Position numbers and translations under genes: made by a program
Notes under the pieces: generated by a model
The model's database searches: none
The model's input: only the letters and a program-made list of their open reading frames with translations
Told to the model about the DNA's origin: nothing
From: Firmicutes bacterium UBA5389
Lineage (GTDB): Bacteria; Bacillota; DTU025
DNA: 64,000 nucleotides
NCBI GenBank assembly: GCA_002409965.1
Contig: DHON01000092.1
Coordinates: 31,322-95,321, forward strand
Reading direction: 5' to 3'
Part shown: positions 1 through 9,252 of the stretch, piece after piece
Position numbering within the stretch: the first letter of the stretch is position 1
How the letters are laid out: every line of letters starts with the position of its first letter

Positions 1-600
1 GACTCGATGGCCCAGAGCGGCGAACATCCGTCTCACCTGGCGCTTCCTTCCCTCACGCATCTCTATCTCGACCAGCTTGCCCGACCCGTCTGCGAAGCGC
101 GCGCTGGCGGGCATGGTCGGACCATCAGCCAGCTGAATGCCGTGTGCAAGACGGTCGAGTTCATCCGGGGTTGCCCGCCGCTCGAGACGAACTAGGTACA
201 CCTTTGGCGCCTGTCGGCTGGGATGGGTCAATCCGAAGGCGAGTTCCCCATCGTCAGTCAATATCAGCAGGCCGTTGGAGTCCATATCCAGCCTGCCAAC
301 GGGGTAAATCCTGCGAGCGATGTTGGGGACGAGGTCGAGCACTGTGGGCCGCTGGTGGGTGTCGCAGGCGGTGGTCACAACGCCTCGGGGTTTGTTGAGG
401 GCAAGGTAGAGATGGTCGGTAGGAGGCTGCGCCACTTCCCCATCGACAGCCACGACATCCCGCCCTGGCTCGACTGCTGTGCCCAGCGCGGTGACTTGCA
501 CGCCGTTCACTGTGACGCGCCCGGACGCGACGAGCCGCTCGCACGCGCGCCGCGACCCCACTCCCGATCGAGCCAGGAACTTGTGAATACGCTCGGCCAT
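1..600 (-). CDS. rluB: RluB/RsuA-family rRNA pseudouridine synthase; N-terminus at 600, C-terminal part runs off the left edge of the window
   Basis: Own minus-strand translation from ATG 600-598: MAERIHKFLARSGVGSRRACERLVASGRVTVNG (S4 domain), then NKPRGVVTT and RIYPVGRLDMDSNGLLILTDDGEL (catalytic Asp motif), then KVYLVRLE. There is no stop before position 1. ATGA overlap with the trkA stop. Absent from the ORF track because it is edge-truncated. Confidence 0.7.
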   Translation of the reverse strand, partial: MAERIHKFLARSGVGSRRACERLVASGRVTVNGVQVTALGTAVEPGRDVVAVDGEVAQPPTDHLYLALNKPRGVVTTACDTHQRPTVLDLVPNIARRIYPVGRLDMDSNGLLILTDDGELAFGLTHPSRQAPKVYLVRLERRATPDELDRLAHGIQLADGPTMPASARFADGSGKLVEIEMREGRKRQVRRMFAALGHRV

Positions 601-1250
601 CATGACTTCCTGAAGCGCTGGAGTAGATCGTTGCGCCCGATGACTACAAGCACATCGCCCTCATGGATAACATCGTCGGCGCCCGGCGCCACCGTCATCG
701 CACGGCCTGATCGGATGGCCATAATGTACACGCCAAACCGAGCCCGCACGGCCAGCTCCGCCAGGGACTTCCCCGTCAGGCTGGCCGGGGCCGTCAGCTC
801 CACTATGCTGTAGTCAGGATCCAGGTCGATCTGCTCGATCAGGTTGGTCGACGTAAGCAGGCGGGCCAACCGCCAGCCTCCGTCGCGTTCGGGGAAAACA
901 ACCTTGTCGGCGCCCAGCTTCTCCAGCACCTTGCCGTGGAGATCGTCGTTGGCCTTGGCGACTATGGTGCGGACTCCGAGTTCCTTGAGGACCATGGTCC
1001 CCACCATGCTGGCCTTGATTTCGCTTCCCACGGTGATCACTGCTACGTCCACATTTCGGATGCCGATGGACCTCATGGCGTCGATGTCGGTGACATCGGC
1101 CACTACCGCGTGCGTCACCGTCGGCGCTATTCTCTGCACTTTCTCTTCGTTTACGTCAATGGCGAAGACCTCCTGGGCCAGTTCGGAGAGGGTGCGCGCC
1201 ACGCTCATGCCGAACCGTCCAAGCCCGATCACTGCAAATTGCTGTGCCAT
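600..1250 (-). CDS. trkA: TrkA/KtrA-type potassium transporter peripheral NAD-binding subunit (RCK_N + RCK_C)
   Basis: MAQQFAVIGLGRFG Rossmann motif followed by an RCK C-terminal domain. RBS GAGGGTG lies 7 nt before ATG 1250. The track ORF (to 1280) is an upstream extension. Confidence 0.8.
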   Translation of the reverse strand: MAQQFAVIGLGRFGMSVARTLSELAQEVFAIDVNEEKVQRIAPTVTHAVVADVTDIDAMRSIGIRNVDVAVITVGSEIKASMVGTMVLKELGVRTIVAKANDDLHGKVLEKLGADKVVFPERDGGWRLARLLTSTNLIEQIDLDPDYSIVELTAPASLTGKSLAELAVRARFGVYIMAIRSGRAMTVAPGADDVIHEGDVLVVIGRNDLLQRFRKS

Positions 1251-1316
1251 GTTCATGCACCCTCTGTCCCTCTTGCCCAAGCCAGGGCCGCCGTATAGGG
1301 CTTGCGCCTTACCGGA

Positions 1317-1715
1317 TTATACCACAGCTCCAGGCGCTCCACCAGTCGGCGGGCGGATCGCGCCCATTCGGGTGAGCACATCGGGCACCACATCCAGCAG
1401 ACGGTCGATCACGGCGTCTGACGTGACCGGCAAGAAGCGAACCTGCCTGTTGCCGACTACAAGGAAACCCACTGGGCTCAGCGAGACTCCCGCGCCCCCT
1501 CCTCCGCCGAAAGGTGAGCCCGCGCGCTCGGGCTGCTGGTCGTTGTTCCAATCGGATCCGCCCGCCGCGAACCCGAAAGAAACCCGGGAAACGGGCATGA
1601 TCACGTTGCCGTCCGGAGTCTCGACGGGGTCTCCAAGAATGGTATTGACGTCGATCATCTGGCTGATGCTGTCGAGTGTCGTTTTCATCAGGCCCTCTAT
1701 GGGATGGTCGGGCAA
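1317..1715 (-). CDS. ytfJ: sporulation protein YtfJ / GerW family
   Basis: HPIEGLMKT...IDVNTILGDPVETPDGNVIMPVSRVSFGFAAGG matches the YtfJ N-terminus. TTG start with RBS GGGGAGGAG 5 nt upstream. Follows a DUF2953 gene, as ytfI-ytfJ does in Bacillus. Confidence 0.8.
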   Translation of the reverse strand: MPDHPIEGLMKTTLDSISQMIDVNTILGDPVETPDGNVIMPVSRVSFGFAAGGSDWNNDQQPERAGSPFGGGGGAGVSLSPVGFLVVGNRQVRFLPVTSDAVIDRLLDVVPDVLTRMGAIRPPTGGAPGAVV

Positions 1716-1766
1716 GCTCTCTCTCCTCCCCGGCCCGCACGCGATGTGCAGGCATAAGTCTGTACA

Positions 1767-2384
1767 CTAGTATTCATGACCTGCAGCCGGTTCATTCCGC
1801 CGGCGCTTTCCCAGCATTGCCAGGAGCGACATCAGAGCCGCACGCAACTGTGCATCCCCAAGCAGCACAGCCAGGTTGGTCTCCACCACTAGATGCAGAG
1901 CTGTGTGGAAACGCGTTTGGTCGAAGGCCGGGGACACTGAGATTGCGGGCGGCCCTTGGCGCCTTCCCCATCTGGAGTATGCCCACGCCGCCAGGGCGGA
2001 CTTGATTGTCCATAGTTGTCCGCAGGCGATAGCGGTACATGCCGCATCCCCTGTGCCCACCGAAGAGTGCCACGTCAGTTCGATTAGCTTGTGGCCAAGC
2101 GAGGCGACGGATGCGATCATGCGAACCATTCGGCGTAGCCTCCCCAGGGTTTCGGGAAGGTCCGCAGGGTTCCATTGAGCGCCCCGGGCCGCGCGGGGCG
2201 GCACATCTCTATGGTAGAAGGGAATGGAGACGAGGAACGGCCATGGCGAGACGCGGACAGTCGCCCGAGTGCGCATCGCGCCCCGTGTGATGGACAGGTC
2301 GAACCTCAGCGGCCAGCGGAAAGCGACTGCTAGCCCGGCGGCGAGCGCCACGCCCGCCCACAGCGTGAGTGAAGCCCAGCGCAT
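1767..2384 (-). CDS. DUF2953 (YtfI-like) membrane-associated sporulation protein, hypothetical
   Basis: Signal/TM N-terminus (WASLTLWAGVALAAGLAVAF) and overall resemblance to DUF2953. Sits immediately upstream of ytfJ. Start uncertain: GTG 2393, TTG, or ATG 2384. Confidence 0.5.
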   Translation of the reverse strand: MRWASLTLWAGVALAAGLAVAFRWPLRFDLSITRGAMRTRATVRVSPWPFLVSIPFYHRDVPPRAARGAQWNPADLPETLGRLRRMVRMIASVASLGHKLIELTWHSSVGTGDAACTAIACGQLWTIKSALAAWAYSRWGRRQGPPAISVSPAFDQTRFHTALHLVVETNLAVLLGDAQLRAALMSLLAMLGKRRRNEPAAGHEY

Positions 2385-2429
2385 CAAGACCACTCCCGCT
2401 CGTAGTCTGGCTAGAAGCGCGGGCAGTAT

Positions 2430-2951
2430 TCATTCGTCGTCCGATTCGGGCAGAGGCGGCAGGTCTGAAAGGGATGAGAGCCCAAGATAGATGAGGAACT
2501 GGTCGGTGGTGCCGTACAAGACCGGACGCCCAACGCTGTTCCGTCTGCCCACTTCGCAGATGAGCCCTCGCTCTGTGAGAGTGGCGATGCTTGAGTCAGA
2601 GGAGACGCCGCGGATCCGGTCGACCTCGCCTCTGGTGACGGGCTGGCGGTAGGCCACGATAGACAACGTCTCCAAAGATGCGGGCGACAGTGGTTGCGGG
2701 CGCTGCCTCGCCGACAGATTCTCCACGAAGGGGGCGTACTCCGGCTTGCTCATCAAGATGAACGAGCCGTCAACATCTCTGAGCGCCACGCCCGACTGCT
2801 TGACGGAATGCCTGTCGCGAATCTCGCGGAGGAGTTTGGCCACCGTATCCTCATCCACCTCGATTGCAGCTGCAAGGTCCTTTGCAGCCAGAGGAAACGA
2901 TGCGGCGAACAAGATGGCCTCAATTGCTGCCTGTGCTTCTGGTAGGTTCAT
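2430..2951 (-). CDS. scpB: segregation and condensation protein B
   Basis: AIEAILFAASFPL...LETLSIVAYRQPVTRGEVDRIRGV: two winged-helix repeats typical of ScpB. 32-nt overlap with scpA. Confidence 0.85.
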   Translation of the reverse strand: MNLPEAQAAIEAILFAASFPLAAKDLAAAIEVDEDTVAKLLREIRDRHSVKQSGVALRDVDGSFILMSKPEYAPFVENLSARQRPQPLSPASLETLSIVAYRQPVTRGEVDRIRGVSSDSSIATLTERGLICEVGRRNSVGRPVLYGTTDQFLIYLGLSSLSDLPPLPESDDE

Positions 2952-3687
2952 CCGTTACACCCCCCATCGCTTGCGATGTCGAGAACATCCAGATTTCGCC
3001 GAACGGCGCCGGCTGTGTCGCGCAGATACGACCGCGCCGCACCAATTCCAGGACGGCCAGGACCGTAGAGATCATCAGCCGGCGTGATCTCGCACCGCCT
3101 AGGAACTCAAACAACCCCAGCTTGCCCCGGCGCGCCAAGCGCACGAGCACCGCCACCATCTGATTGGCTATGGGTATCTCATCGGCTGGAAGATATGCGA
3201 ACTCCTCCGGTATGCTTGACGATGCGCCCAGGTAGGCCTGGAGAAGATCGTCCGCGGTCACGCCCTCCACAGGATTGGCCCGGACGGCGGGCGTTGGCAA
3301 GCGACGCGGGGGGCGCGTGTACATACGCGAACCCACCGTCTCCATACTCACAAGGAGCCGGGCCGCATCGCGAAAGCGGCGATACTCTATGAGGCGGGCA
3401 ACAAGCTCAGCGCGGGGGTCGGGCATGTCTTCCTCCGCGGCGGACAGCTCATCGTCCGTCTCCTCCTCTGGGAGCAGCGCCCTCACTTTGATGTACAGGA
3501 GGGTCGCCGCAATCACCAGAAACTGGGCAGCCTGGTCAATATCGAGCCATTCCATGGCAGAGACCTGCTCTAGGTAGTCGTCGGCGATCTCCCCGATGGA
3601 TACCTCGCATATGTCGATCTGCTTCTTTTCTATCAACGACAGCAGCAGATCGAGCGGCCCGGAGAAGGCTTCGGTGTCTACCCTCAT
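2920..3687 (-). CDS. scpA: segregation and condensation protein A (kleisin)
   Basis: FSGPLDLLLSLIEKKQIDICEVSIGEIADDYL is the canonical ScpA N-terminus. ATGA overlap with the trpS stop. Confidence 0.85.
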   Translation of the reverse strand: MRVDTEAFSGPLDLLLSLIEKKQIDICEVSIGEIADDYLEQVSAMEWLDIDQAAQFLVIAATLLYIKVRALLPEEETDDELSAAEEDMPDPRAELVARLIEYRRFRDAARLLVSMETVGSRMYTRPPRRLPTPAVRANPVEGVTADDLLQAYLGASSSIPEEFAYLPADEIPIANQMVAVLVRLARRGKLGLFEFLGGARSRRLMISTVLAVLELVRRGRICATQPAPFGEIWMFSTSQAMGGVTDEPTRSTGSN

Positions 3688-4664
3688 ATCCTCATGGCCG
3701 CACGGACTTCCTCAAGAGTAGCCGCCGCCACGGGCCTGGCCCGATCCGCGCCTTCTGCCAGGATCGACTCGACTACCCCGGGGGTGGACTCAAGCCGCTT
3801 CCTCCGCTCATGCACGGGAGCAAGCGCCAGGACGAGAGTATCGGCAAGCTGCCGTTTGCATGCCACGCAGCCTATCTGCGCCCGTTCGCATTCGGCCCTG
3901 CGTTCCTCGGCAAGCTCGGGCGTGAACGCCGAATGGTACGCGAACACCGTGCACACATCCGGATGCCCCAGGTCGCTCTTGTGTATCCTGGCAGGGTCGG
4001 TGATCATGGATTTCACCGACTCGCGTATGGCCTCCGGCGAGTCGGCCATCTGAATCGCATTTCCGTAGCTCTTGCTCATTTTGCGTCCGTCCGTTCCCGG
4101 CAGGACCGCAACCGGGCTGAGCTTGGCCTGAGGTTCGGGGAAAACCGGCTGGTACATGAAGTTGAACCTGCGCGCGATCTCCCGGGCCAACTCCAAGTGG
4201 GGCAGCTGGTCCTCGCCTACAGGCACCGTGTCGGCTTTGTACACGAGTATGTCGCTTGCCATCAACACAGGATAGCCCAGGAATCCATATGTGGTTATCT
4301 CTCTTTCGGAAAGCTGCTGTAGCTGCTCCTTGTACGTGGGGCACCGTTCCAGCCACCCGAGAGGCGTGATCATGGAGAGCAACAAGTGCAATTCGGCATG
4401 CTCCTTCACGTCGGATTGACGGAAGACGACAGAGCGCTCGGGGTCGATGCCCGCCGAAAGGAAGTCGATGAGCACCTGCCGGGTGTGCTCGCGGAGCATC
4501 GACGTATCCTGGTACCCTGTGGTGAGAGCATGCCAGTCGACTACGGCAAAGAAACACTCGTAGTCGTCTTGCAGACGAACCCAGTTGGCGAGCGCTCCGA
4601 CGAGGTTGCCCAGATGGAGCATTCCTGTGGGTCTCATCCCGCTGAATATTCGGCCTTTCTTCAA
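3684..4664 (-). CDS. trpS: tryptophan--tRNA ligase
   Basis: Class I HIGH-type motif (SGMRPTGMLHLGN) and KMSKS (KMSKSYGNAI). Start reassigned to TTG 4664 (RBS GAGGGTG 5 nt upstream), giving MKKGRIFSG like Bacillus TrpS. Confidence 0.9.
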   Translation of the reverse strand: MKKGRIFSGMRPTGMLHLGNLVGALANWVRLQDDYECFFAVVDWHALTTGYQDTSMLREHTRQVLIDFLSAGIDPERSVVFRQSDVKEHAELHLLLSMITPLGWLERCPTYKEQLQQLSEREITTYGFLGYPVLMASDILVYKADTVPVGEDQLPHLELAREIARRFNFMYQPVFPEPQAKLSPVAVLPGTDGRKMSKSYGNAIQMADSPEAIRESVKSMITDPARIHKSDLGHPDVCTVFAYHSAFTPELAEERRAECERAQIGCVACKRQLADTLVLALAPVHERRKRLESTPGVVESILAEGADRARPVAAATLEEVRAAMRI

Positions 4665-4676
4665 ACGAACCACCCT

Positions 4677-5294
4677 CTACATAATCGCTCGGTACAGCGC
4701 TCCGATGATAGGCATGAGGATCCATGTCGACACAGGAGTAGCGATAAACACCAGAAGAATGATGTACGAGTATTGCTCCAGTTGATAGTAGAGCCTCGCT
4801 GCATTGCCCCTAAGCACCGCTGCCAGTATCTTGGAACCGTCCAGCGGCGGAATGGGCATCAGGTTGAACACGGCCAGCCCGAGGTTGATCCACACTCCCT
4901 GGTCGAGCGCCACCGCTACTAACTGGATTGTCCCTCCGCGAAACCCGTATGCACCGTATATGAACTTCACCATGATAGAGAAGAGCATGGCCAGAATCAA
5001 GTTGGCGCCCGGGCCTGCGAGGCTCACCATCACCATTCCGGCATCGCGGTTCTCGAAGTTCATGGGGTTAACCCTGACCGGCTTGGCCCATCCGAAGCGC
5101 CGGGTGAGCACCAGCGCGAGCAACCCCACGGGGTCAAGGTGAGCCAGGGGGTTGAGCGTGAGGCGCCCTTCCCACCGAGGAGTGCCGTCTCCCAGCTTCA
5201 CTGCAACGCGCGCGTGCGCGTATTCATGCACCGTCAGCGCAAACAGGAGGACCGGCAAGGTTATCAGGAAATACAGAATATCACTGCCGCTCAA
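4677..5294 (-). CDS. site-2 protease family (peptidase M50B) membrane metalloprotease
   Basis: HEYAHA (HExxH in a TM helix) and NLMPIPPLDG (LDG motif). TTG start at 5294 with RBS GGGGGTG. The track ORF extension to 5447 overlaps an upstream promoter and is judged non-coding. Confidence 0.7.
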   Translation of the reverse strand: MSGSDILYFLITLPVLLFALTVHEYAHARVAVKLGDGTPRWEGRLTLNPLAHLDPVGLLALVLTRRFGWAKPVRVNPMNFENRDAGMVMVSLAGPGANLILAMLFSIMVKFIYGAYGFRGGTIQLVAVALDQGVWINLGLAVFNLMPIPPLDGSKILAAVLRGNAARLYYQLEQYSYIILLVFIATPVSTWILMPIIGALYRAIM

Positions 5295-5315
5295 AGGCGC
5301 CACCCCCTGCGCTCG

Positions 5316-5326
5316 ATTATAGCATA
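5316..5326 (-). promoter_or_regulatory. TG-extended -10 element upstream of site-2 protease / trpS
   Basis: Minus strand: cTATGcTATAAT, overlapping the stop codon of the DUF2229 gene. About 20 nt upstream of the RBS GGGGGTG and the TTG start. Confidence 0.35.
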
Positions 5327-6447
5327 GACCACCGTCCGGTGGAAACTGACGGGCACGACCCCTCTCCCGCTTGGCGCCGCCGGGCTTGCAGCAGATCGCA
5401 AAACGCCTCCAGCCTGGTGTCGAATCCCACATCGGCGGTGTGCTCATCCACAGCGAGCGACATCACCGGAATACCTTCAGACTGACTAACCAGCGGAAGA
5501 ATGCTCTGGGCCACAATCTCGGGCATGCATGTCATGGGCGCTACGTGCAGTACGCCGGCCAGGCCCGACCGCGCCATATCGACTGAGCGCCCCACGCTTT
5601 CGACTCCATGGCCTCCCACGAAATGCCGCAGGTAGGGGCGGGCCCGCGACAGCATGTTGGACCTTGGCATCCGTCGGGCGATGTCGCCCACGATGTGCTC
5701 CTCGATCCAATGGGAGAATGTGATCGGCTGGACCACCTGCACCCCGAGTCGGCCCAGCTTCCTGCAGACATCCATGTTCACAGCGGGTTCCATCACCACA
5801 TAGATCTCGCCCACAACCCCCACGCGCATCGTGGGTCCGAGCCGTTCCTCTGTGCGGCATGCCACATCATGGAGCGTCTGCTCCACCGCGTATAGCACGG
5901 CATCGCACGTCTCGGCCGCGTCCAGCAGCGCAAGCCCCCGGTGTACGGCCGCGTCCACCTCTCCCGGTGCCGTTTCGCGCCAGCGCGCCATGTTCGCTGC
6001 CTGGTCCAGCGCATCCACTGCCCCAAATTTGGCCCACGCAAGCCGGCCTGCCTCTACTACCTGTCGCAGCGTGGCGCGGCGCTTGACCGTCCTCAGCGCT
6101 TGCACCAGCCCCCGAGGATCCCTCCGAGGAGGCTCCACCACTACGAGCTGCGCATTGCTTCCGGCTCTAGACAGCGCGTGTCGCTGAAGCTCGCAGTAGT
6201 ATCCCAGCCTGCAGGGCCCGATCCCTCCCACCATGAAGATGGTGTCGGCCCCCAGCTCCGCCGCCTCGATGAAGTTACCCACGGTCGCCTTGAGCGGCAG
6301 GCATGCCCCCTCAGGAGTGTACTTCGCCCCTATGGATAGTGTTCTCTTGGTGGTCGGAGGCGGGACCACCACGTCCAAACCCAATGAAGAGAAGAACGCC
6401 CTAACGGGTATCCACAGGTTGCCCAGATGTGGGAACGTAACGCGCAT
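5317..6447 (-). CDS. DUF2229-family protein (acyl-CoA dehydratase activase-related, CoA-enzyme-activase-associated domain)
   Basis: N-terminus VTFPHLGNLWIPVRAFFSSLGLDVVVPPP...GACLPLK matches the DUF2229 consensus (PRAL.YY...W..FF..LG.EVV...T.K...G...EACLP.K). 47-nt overlap with the upstream paralog. Confidence 0.6.
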   Translation of the reverse strand: MRVTFPHLGNLWIPVRAFFSSLGLDVVVPPPTTKRTLSIGAKYTPEGACLPLKATVGNFIEAAELGADTIFMVGGIGPCRLGYYCELQRHALSRAGSNAQLVVVEPPRRDPRGLVQALRTVKRRATLRQVVEAGRLAWAKFGAVDALDQAANMARWRETAPGEVDAAVHRGLALLDAAETCDAVLYAVEQTLHDVACRTEERLGPTMRVGVVGEIYVVMEPAVNMDVCRKLGRLGVQVVQPITFSHWIEEHIVGDIARRMPRSNMLSRARPYLRHFVGGHGVESVGRSVDMARSGLAGVLHVAPMTCMPEIVAQSILPLVSQSEGIPVMSLAVDEHTADVGFDTRLEAFCDLLQARRRQAGEGSCPSVSTGRWSML

Positions 6448-7375
6448 ACTCGCCGCTCCTCATGGCCACCGTGTCGATGAAGGCCTCCAGACGCGTAGTC
6501 AGCCCTGCCTCCGCCGAATGCTCGTCAATGTCGATGCACAGCAGAGGCATGTCGCCGTGCTTGCTCGCCTCATGTTGGATGACTTCGGCAACGAAGGATT
6601 CCGGACCGCAGCCGAAACTGGCGAGATGCACGATCCCGTCCACTTCGCCGGTTTCGAGCCACCTGTAGGCTGCGCCTACCAGGCGGCGGCCGTAGGTCCA
6701 GAAGAGGCGCTTGGCCCCGCGCCTGGCCCGCTCGCGCTCCCACCCGGCCGTTTCTCGATGAGAGTAGTCGCAGGCCTGTATGGGCGCGGCCCCCAGGCGG
6801 CGGATCTTGTCCACCAGGTCCAGGCTGATGTATGGGTCGCGCAGAGCGTAATTGTGCCCTAGGATGCCAATGCGAATGGCGCCGCTCGGCGCGGGCTCGG
6901 GCTCGGGCGAACCCCTCTTTGCGGCATCAATCGACTTGACCAGGGCGATCGCCGCGCGACCTCTGCCTACGCCCAGCGCTTGGCCGAGCGCCGCGACTTG
7001 CGATGCTATCCTGCTGAGCCCGGAAGACATATCGATGCACGGGTCCACCAGCCTGGGCGCGCCGCATACCCTGGCGCGAATCATGTCGGGCAATCCCATC
7101 AGCTTGGGGCAGATATACGCCCTGGGCTCAACGCTGACGAATCTGGGAACGAGCAACGCGTCTACCTTCCCTGAAAGGTAGGCGACATGTCCGAAGAACA
7201 CCTTGACAGGCAGGCAGGCCTCATCGACGCACAGCTCCAGCCCTGCCTGAAGGATCTCCCTATTGGTCACAGGAGAGAGCACAGGCCGAGCGCCGCACTG
7301 GCGCAGCAGCTCGAGCATGATTGGGCCGTACTCGTGGAACAGCAGCCCCCGCGGCACTCCTACCGCCAGGTTCAT
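6401..7375 (-). CDS. DUF2229-family protein (paralog of 5317..6447)
   Basis: GVPRGLLFHEYGPIMLELLRQCGARPVLSPVTNREILQAGLELCVDEACLPVKVFFGHV...VPRFVS...CPKLMGLPDM is the typical DUF2229 N-terminal region. Start ATG 7375 overlaps the spoVAE stop (ATGA). Confidence 0.6.
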   Translation of the reverse strand: MNLAVGVPRGLLFHEYGPIMLELLRQCGARPVLSPVTNREILQAGLELCVDEACLPVKVFFGHVAYLSGKVDALLVPRFVSVEPRAYICPKLMGLPDMIRARVCGAPRLVDPCIDMSSGLSRIASQVAALGQALGVGRGRAAIALVKSIDAAKRGSPEPEPAPSGAIRIGILGHNYALRDPYISLDLVDKIRRLGAAPIQACDYSHRETAGWERERARRGAKRLFWTYGRRLVGAAYRWLETGEVDGIVHLASFGCGPESFVAEVIQHEASKHGDMPLLCIDIDEHSAEAGLTTRLEAFIDTVAMRSGEYARYVPTSGQPVDTR

Positions 7376-7737
7376 GCCCTGGGGTTTGCGACCAGAGCGA
7401 TCAAGGCTGAGAAGAACACCGCAGTGGCCACTCCCAGCCCGGTGAATTCGAACGCCCCAGTGAAAAGCCCGATCACTCCGAGCCTCCTTGCCTCAAGTAA
7501 GGACCCGCGGGCGATGGAGTGCCCGAAACCCGAAACCGGCACCAGTGCTCCGGCGCCGGCGAAATCCACCAGTCGATCATATACTCCAAACCCTGACAGG
7601 ACGGCCCCTACCACAACGAACAGCACCAGCATGTGCGCTGGAGAAATCCGGGTCAGATCCAGCACGGCCTGGCCCACCGCGCATATGGCGCCTCCCACTA
7701 GGAATGCGATGACATAGTCCAGCGAAGACCCCTCCAT
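7372..7737 (-). CDS. spoVAE: stage V sporulation protein AE (SpoVAEb-like)
   Basis: DYVIAFLVGGAICAVGQ, like SpoVAEb. A small polytopic protein directly after spoVAD. Confidence 0.8.
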   Translation of the reverse strand: MEGSSLDYVIAFLVGGAICAVGQAVLDLTRISPAHMLVLFVVVGAVLSGFGVYDRLVDFAGAGALVPVSGFGHSIARGSLLEARRLGVIGLFTGAFEFTGLGVATAVFFSALIALVANPRA

Positions 7738-7748
7738 TCACGGGCGGC

Positions 7749-8756
7749 TCAAACCTGGAGCGTTACTGCATTGGCGATGCACGGTACTGACTCGCCCTGC
7801 TGCCAGGAGAGCGGCGACAGCAGGGCGCCCGTGGCAACGATCAGGGCACGCCTGATTTCGCCTTCGCACATCCTTTTCCATACGAAACCGTCCATTATCA
7901 GCGCCGAGCAGGCGCAGCCGCTGCCCCCCACGCCCGTTCCGCGCACACCCTGAAAGAGCATGACGCCGCCATCGGCGTAGTTGTCGCCCAGAGGCACTCC
8001 GCGGCGCTGCATCAGTTCGAGCAGAATCTGCGAGCCCACACTGCCCAGGTCGCCCGTGATTATCACATCGTAGAATCCGGGATCTCGCCCGGTATCGGCG
8101 AGGTGGCTGAAGATGGTCTCGGCCGCGGCGGGCGCCATGGCCGGGCCCATCTGGTTGGGGTCCTTGGTGCCCATGTCTATCACGCGCCCTACGGTAGCCT
8201 CGGTGATTTTCACCTTGCCCCCCGAACGCCCCACCAGCACCGCTCCTGCTCCGGTCGCAGTGTACTGCGACGTCGATTTCCGCTGGATGTTCAGCTCTAT
8301 CGGATATCTGAACTGCCGCTCGGCCGTCTGGTAGTGGCTGCTGGTCGCGGCAAGCGCAAGATCTGCGAACCCCGCGTCCACCAGGGCAGATGCCACGGTC
8401 AGGCTCTGGGCCGATGTGGAGCACGCGCCGTACACGCCGATGAACGGCATCCCTAGGTCTTCCGCGGTGAAACTGGCTGTGATCACCTGGTTGAGCAGAT
8501 CGCCGGCGATGAAGTAGTCCACCTGCTCGGGCTGGACGGCGGCCTGCGTCAAGGCTATCTTGACCGCGTCTCCCATGAACCGCCGTTCGGCCTTCTCAGC
8601 AGAGCGCTCGCCGAACATATCATCCGGGACCACTTCATCGAACCACCGGGCCATAGGCCCCCGGCTCTCCATGGGCCCGGCAACCGTTCCAGCAGACACA
8701 ATCACCGGGGGCGCGGCGAACCGGACGGTGCTTCTACCTATCCTTCTGGTGGCCAT
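7749..8756 (-). CDS. spoVAD: stage V sporulation protein AD
   Basis: PPVIVSAGTVAGPMEGRGP...GVYGACSTSAQSL... shows a thiolase-like fold with the SpoVAD-specific N-terminus. Confidence 0.9.
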   Translation of the reverse strand: MATRRIGRSTVRFAAPPVIVSAGTVAGPMESRGPMARWFDEVVPDDMFGERSAEKAERRFMGDAVKIALTQAAVQPEQVDYFIAGDLLNQVITASFTAEDLGMPFIGVYGACSTSAQSLTVASALVDAGFADLALAATSSHYQTAERQFRYPIELNIQRKSTSQYTATGAGAVLVGRSGGKVKITEATVGRVIDMGTKDPNQMGPAMAPAAAETIFSHLADTGRDPGFYDVIITGDLGSVGSQILLELMQRRGVPLGDNYADGGVMLFQGVRGTGVGGSGCACSALIMDGFVWKRMCEGEIRRALIVATGALLSPLSWQQGESVPCIANAVTLQV

Positions 8757-8759
8757 GGT

Positions 8760-9227
8760 TCACCCCCGGGAAAGCCATTTGATGAGCGCGACTGTCACTC
8801 CCGCCAATATCCCGTACACCAGAACGGGCCCGGCAATGATGAACATCTTGGCGCCCATGCCCAGGATGTAGCCTTCGCGCTTGAAGTCCATGGCAGCAGC
8901 AGCTACAGTGTTGGCAAACCCGGTTATGGGGACGGCGGCGCCGGCTCCGGCGAACTCGCCTATGTGGTGGTATACGGACAGCCCGGTCAGAACCACGCCT
9001 ATCAGGATCATTGTGGCCAGTGTAGGCGCCGTCGCCTCGTCGCCGGTCATGCCCGAGGCGATGAAGGCGTTCATGACTGCCTGTCCCAATGCGCATATTA
9101 GGCCTCCAACCACGAATGCCACTGCGATGTTCCGCGCCAGCTGGGGTCGGGGCACGATGGACGATGCCAGTTTCTGATACTTCGCTCTGTCGTCTGCCTT
9201 TTGCTTCTTAGCTCCGGGGCTCGCCAA
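8760..9227 (-). CDS. spoVAC: stage V sporulation protein AC
   Basis: IAVAFVVGGLICALGQ, like SpoVAC. Start set to TTG 9227 (RBS GGGGGGTG 9 nt upstream) because a sigmaG-type -10 ends about 4 nt before the ATG at 9248. That ATG is the alternative start. Confidence 0.8.
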   Translation of the reverse strand: MASPGAKKQKADDRAKYQKLASSIVPRPQLARNIAVAFVVGGLICALGQAVMNAFIASGMTGDEATAPTLATMILIGVVLTGLSVYHHIGEFAGAGAAVPITGFANTVAAAAMDFKREGYILGMGAKMFIIAGPVLVYGILAGVTVALIKWLSRG

Positions 9228-9252
9228 GGTGAAAGTCACCCCCCGCATGAGC

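Noticed and set aside
3684-4690. T-box leader upstream of trpS.
   Set aside because: trpS starts 13 nt after the site-2 protease gene and is evidently co-transcribed. There is no room for a leader.
4677-5447. N-terminal extensions given by the ORF track for several genes: site-2 protease to 5447, sigF to 10302, korD to 21450, panE to 26701, SBP to 29682, livF to 32181, hslU to 59903, trmFO to 62745, xerC to 61214, trkA to 1280, and the ytvI-like gene to 52808.
   Set aside because: The track takes the first ATG/GTG/TTG after a stop. In each case a downstream start has a proper Shine-Dalgarno, matches the conserved N-terminus of the family, and the extension overlaps the upstream gene or a promoter or terminator.
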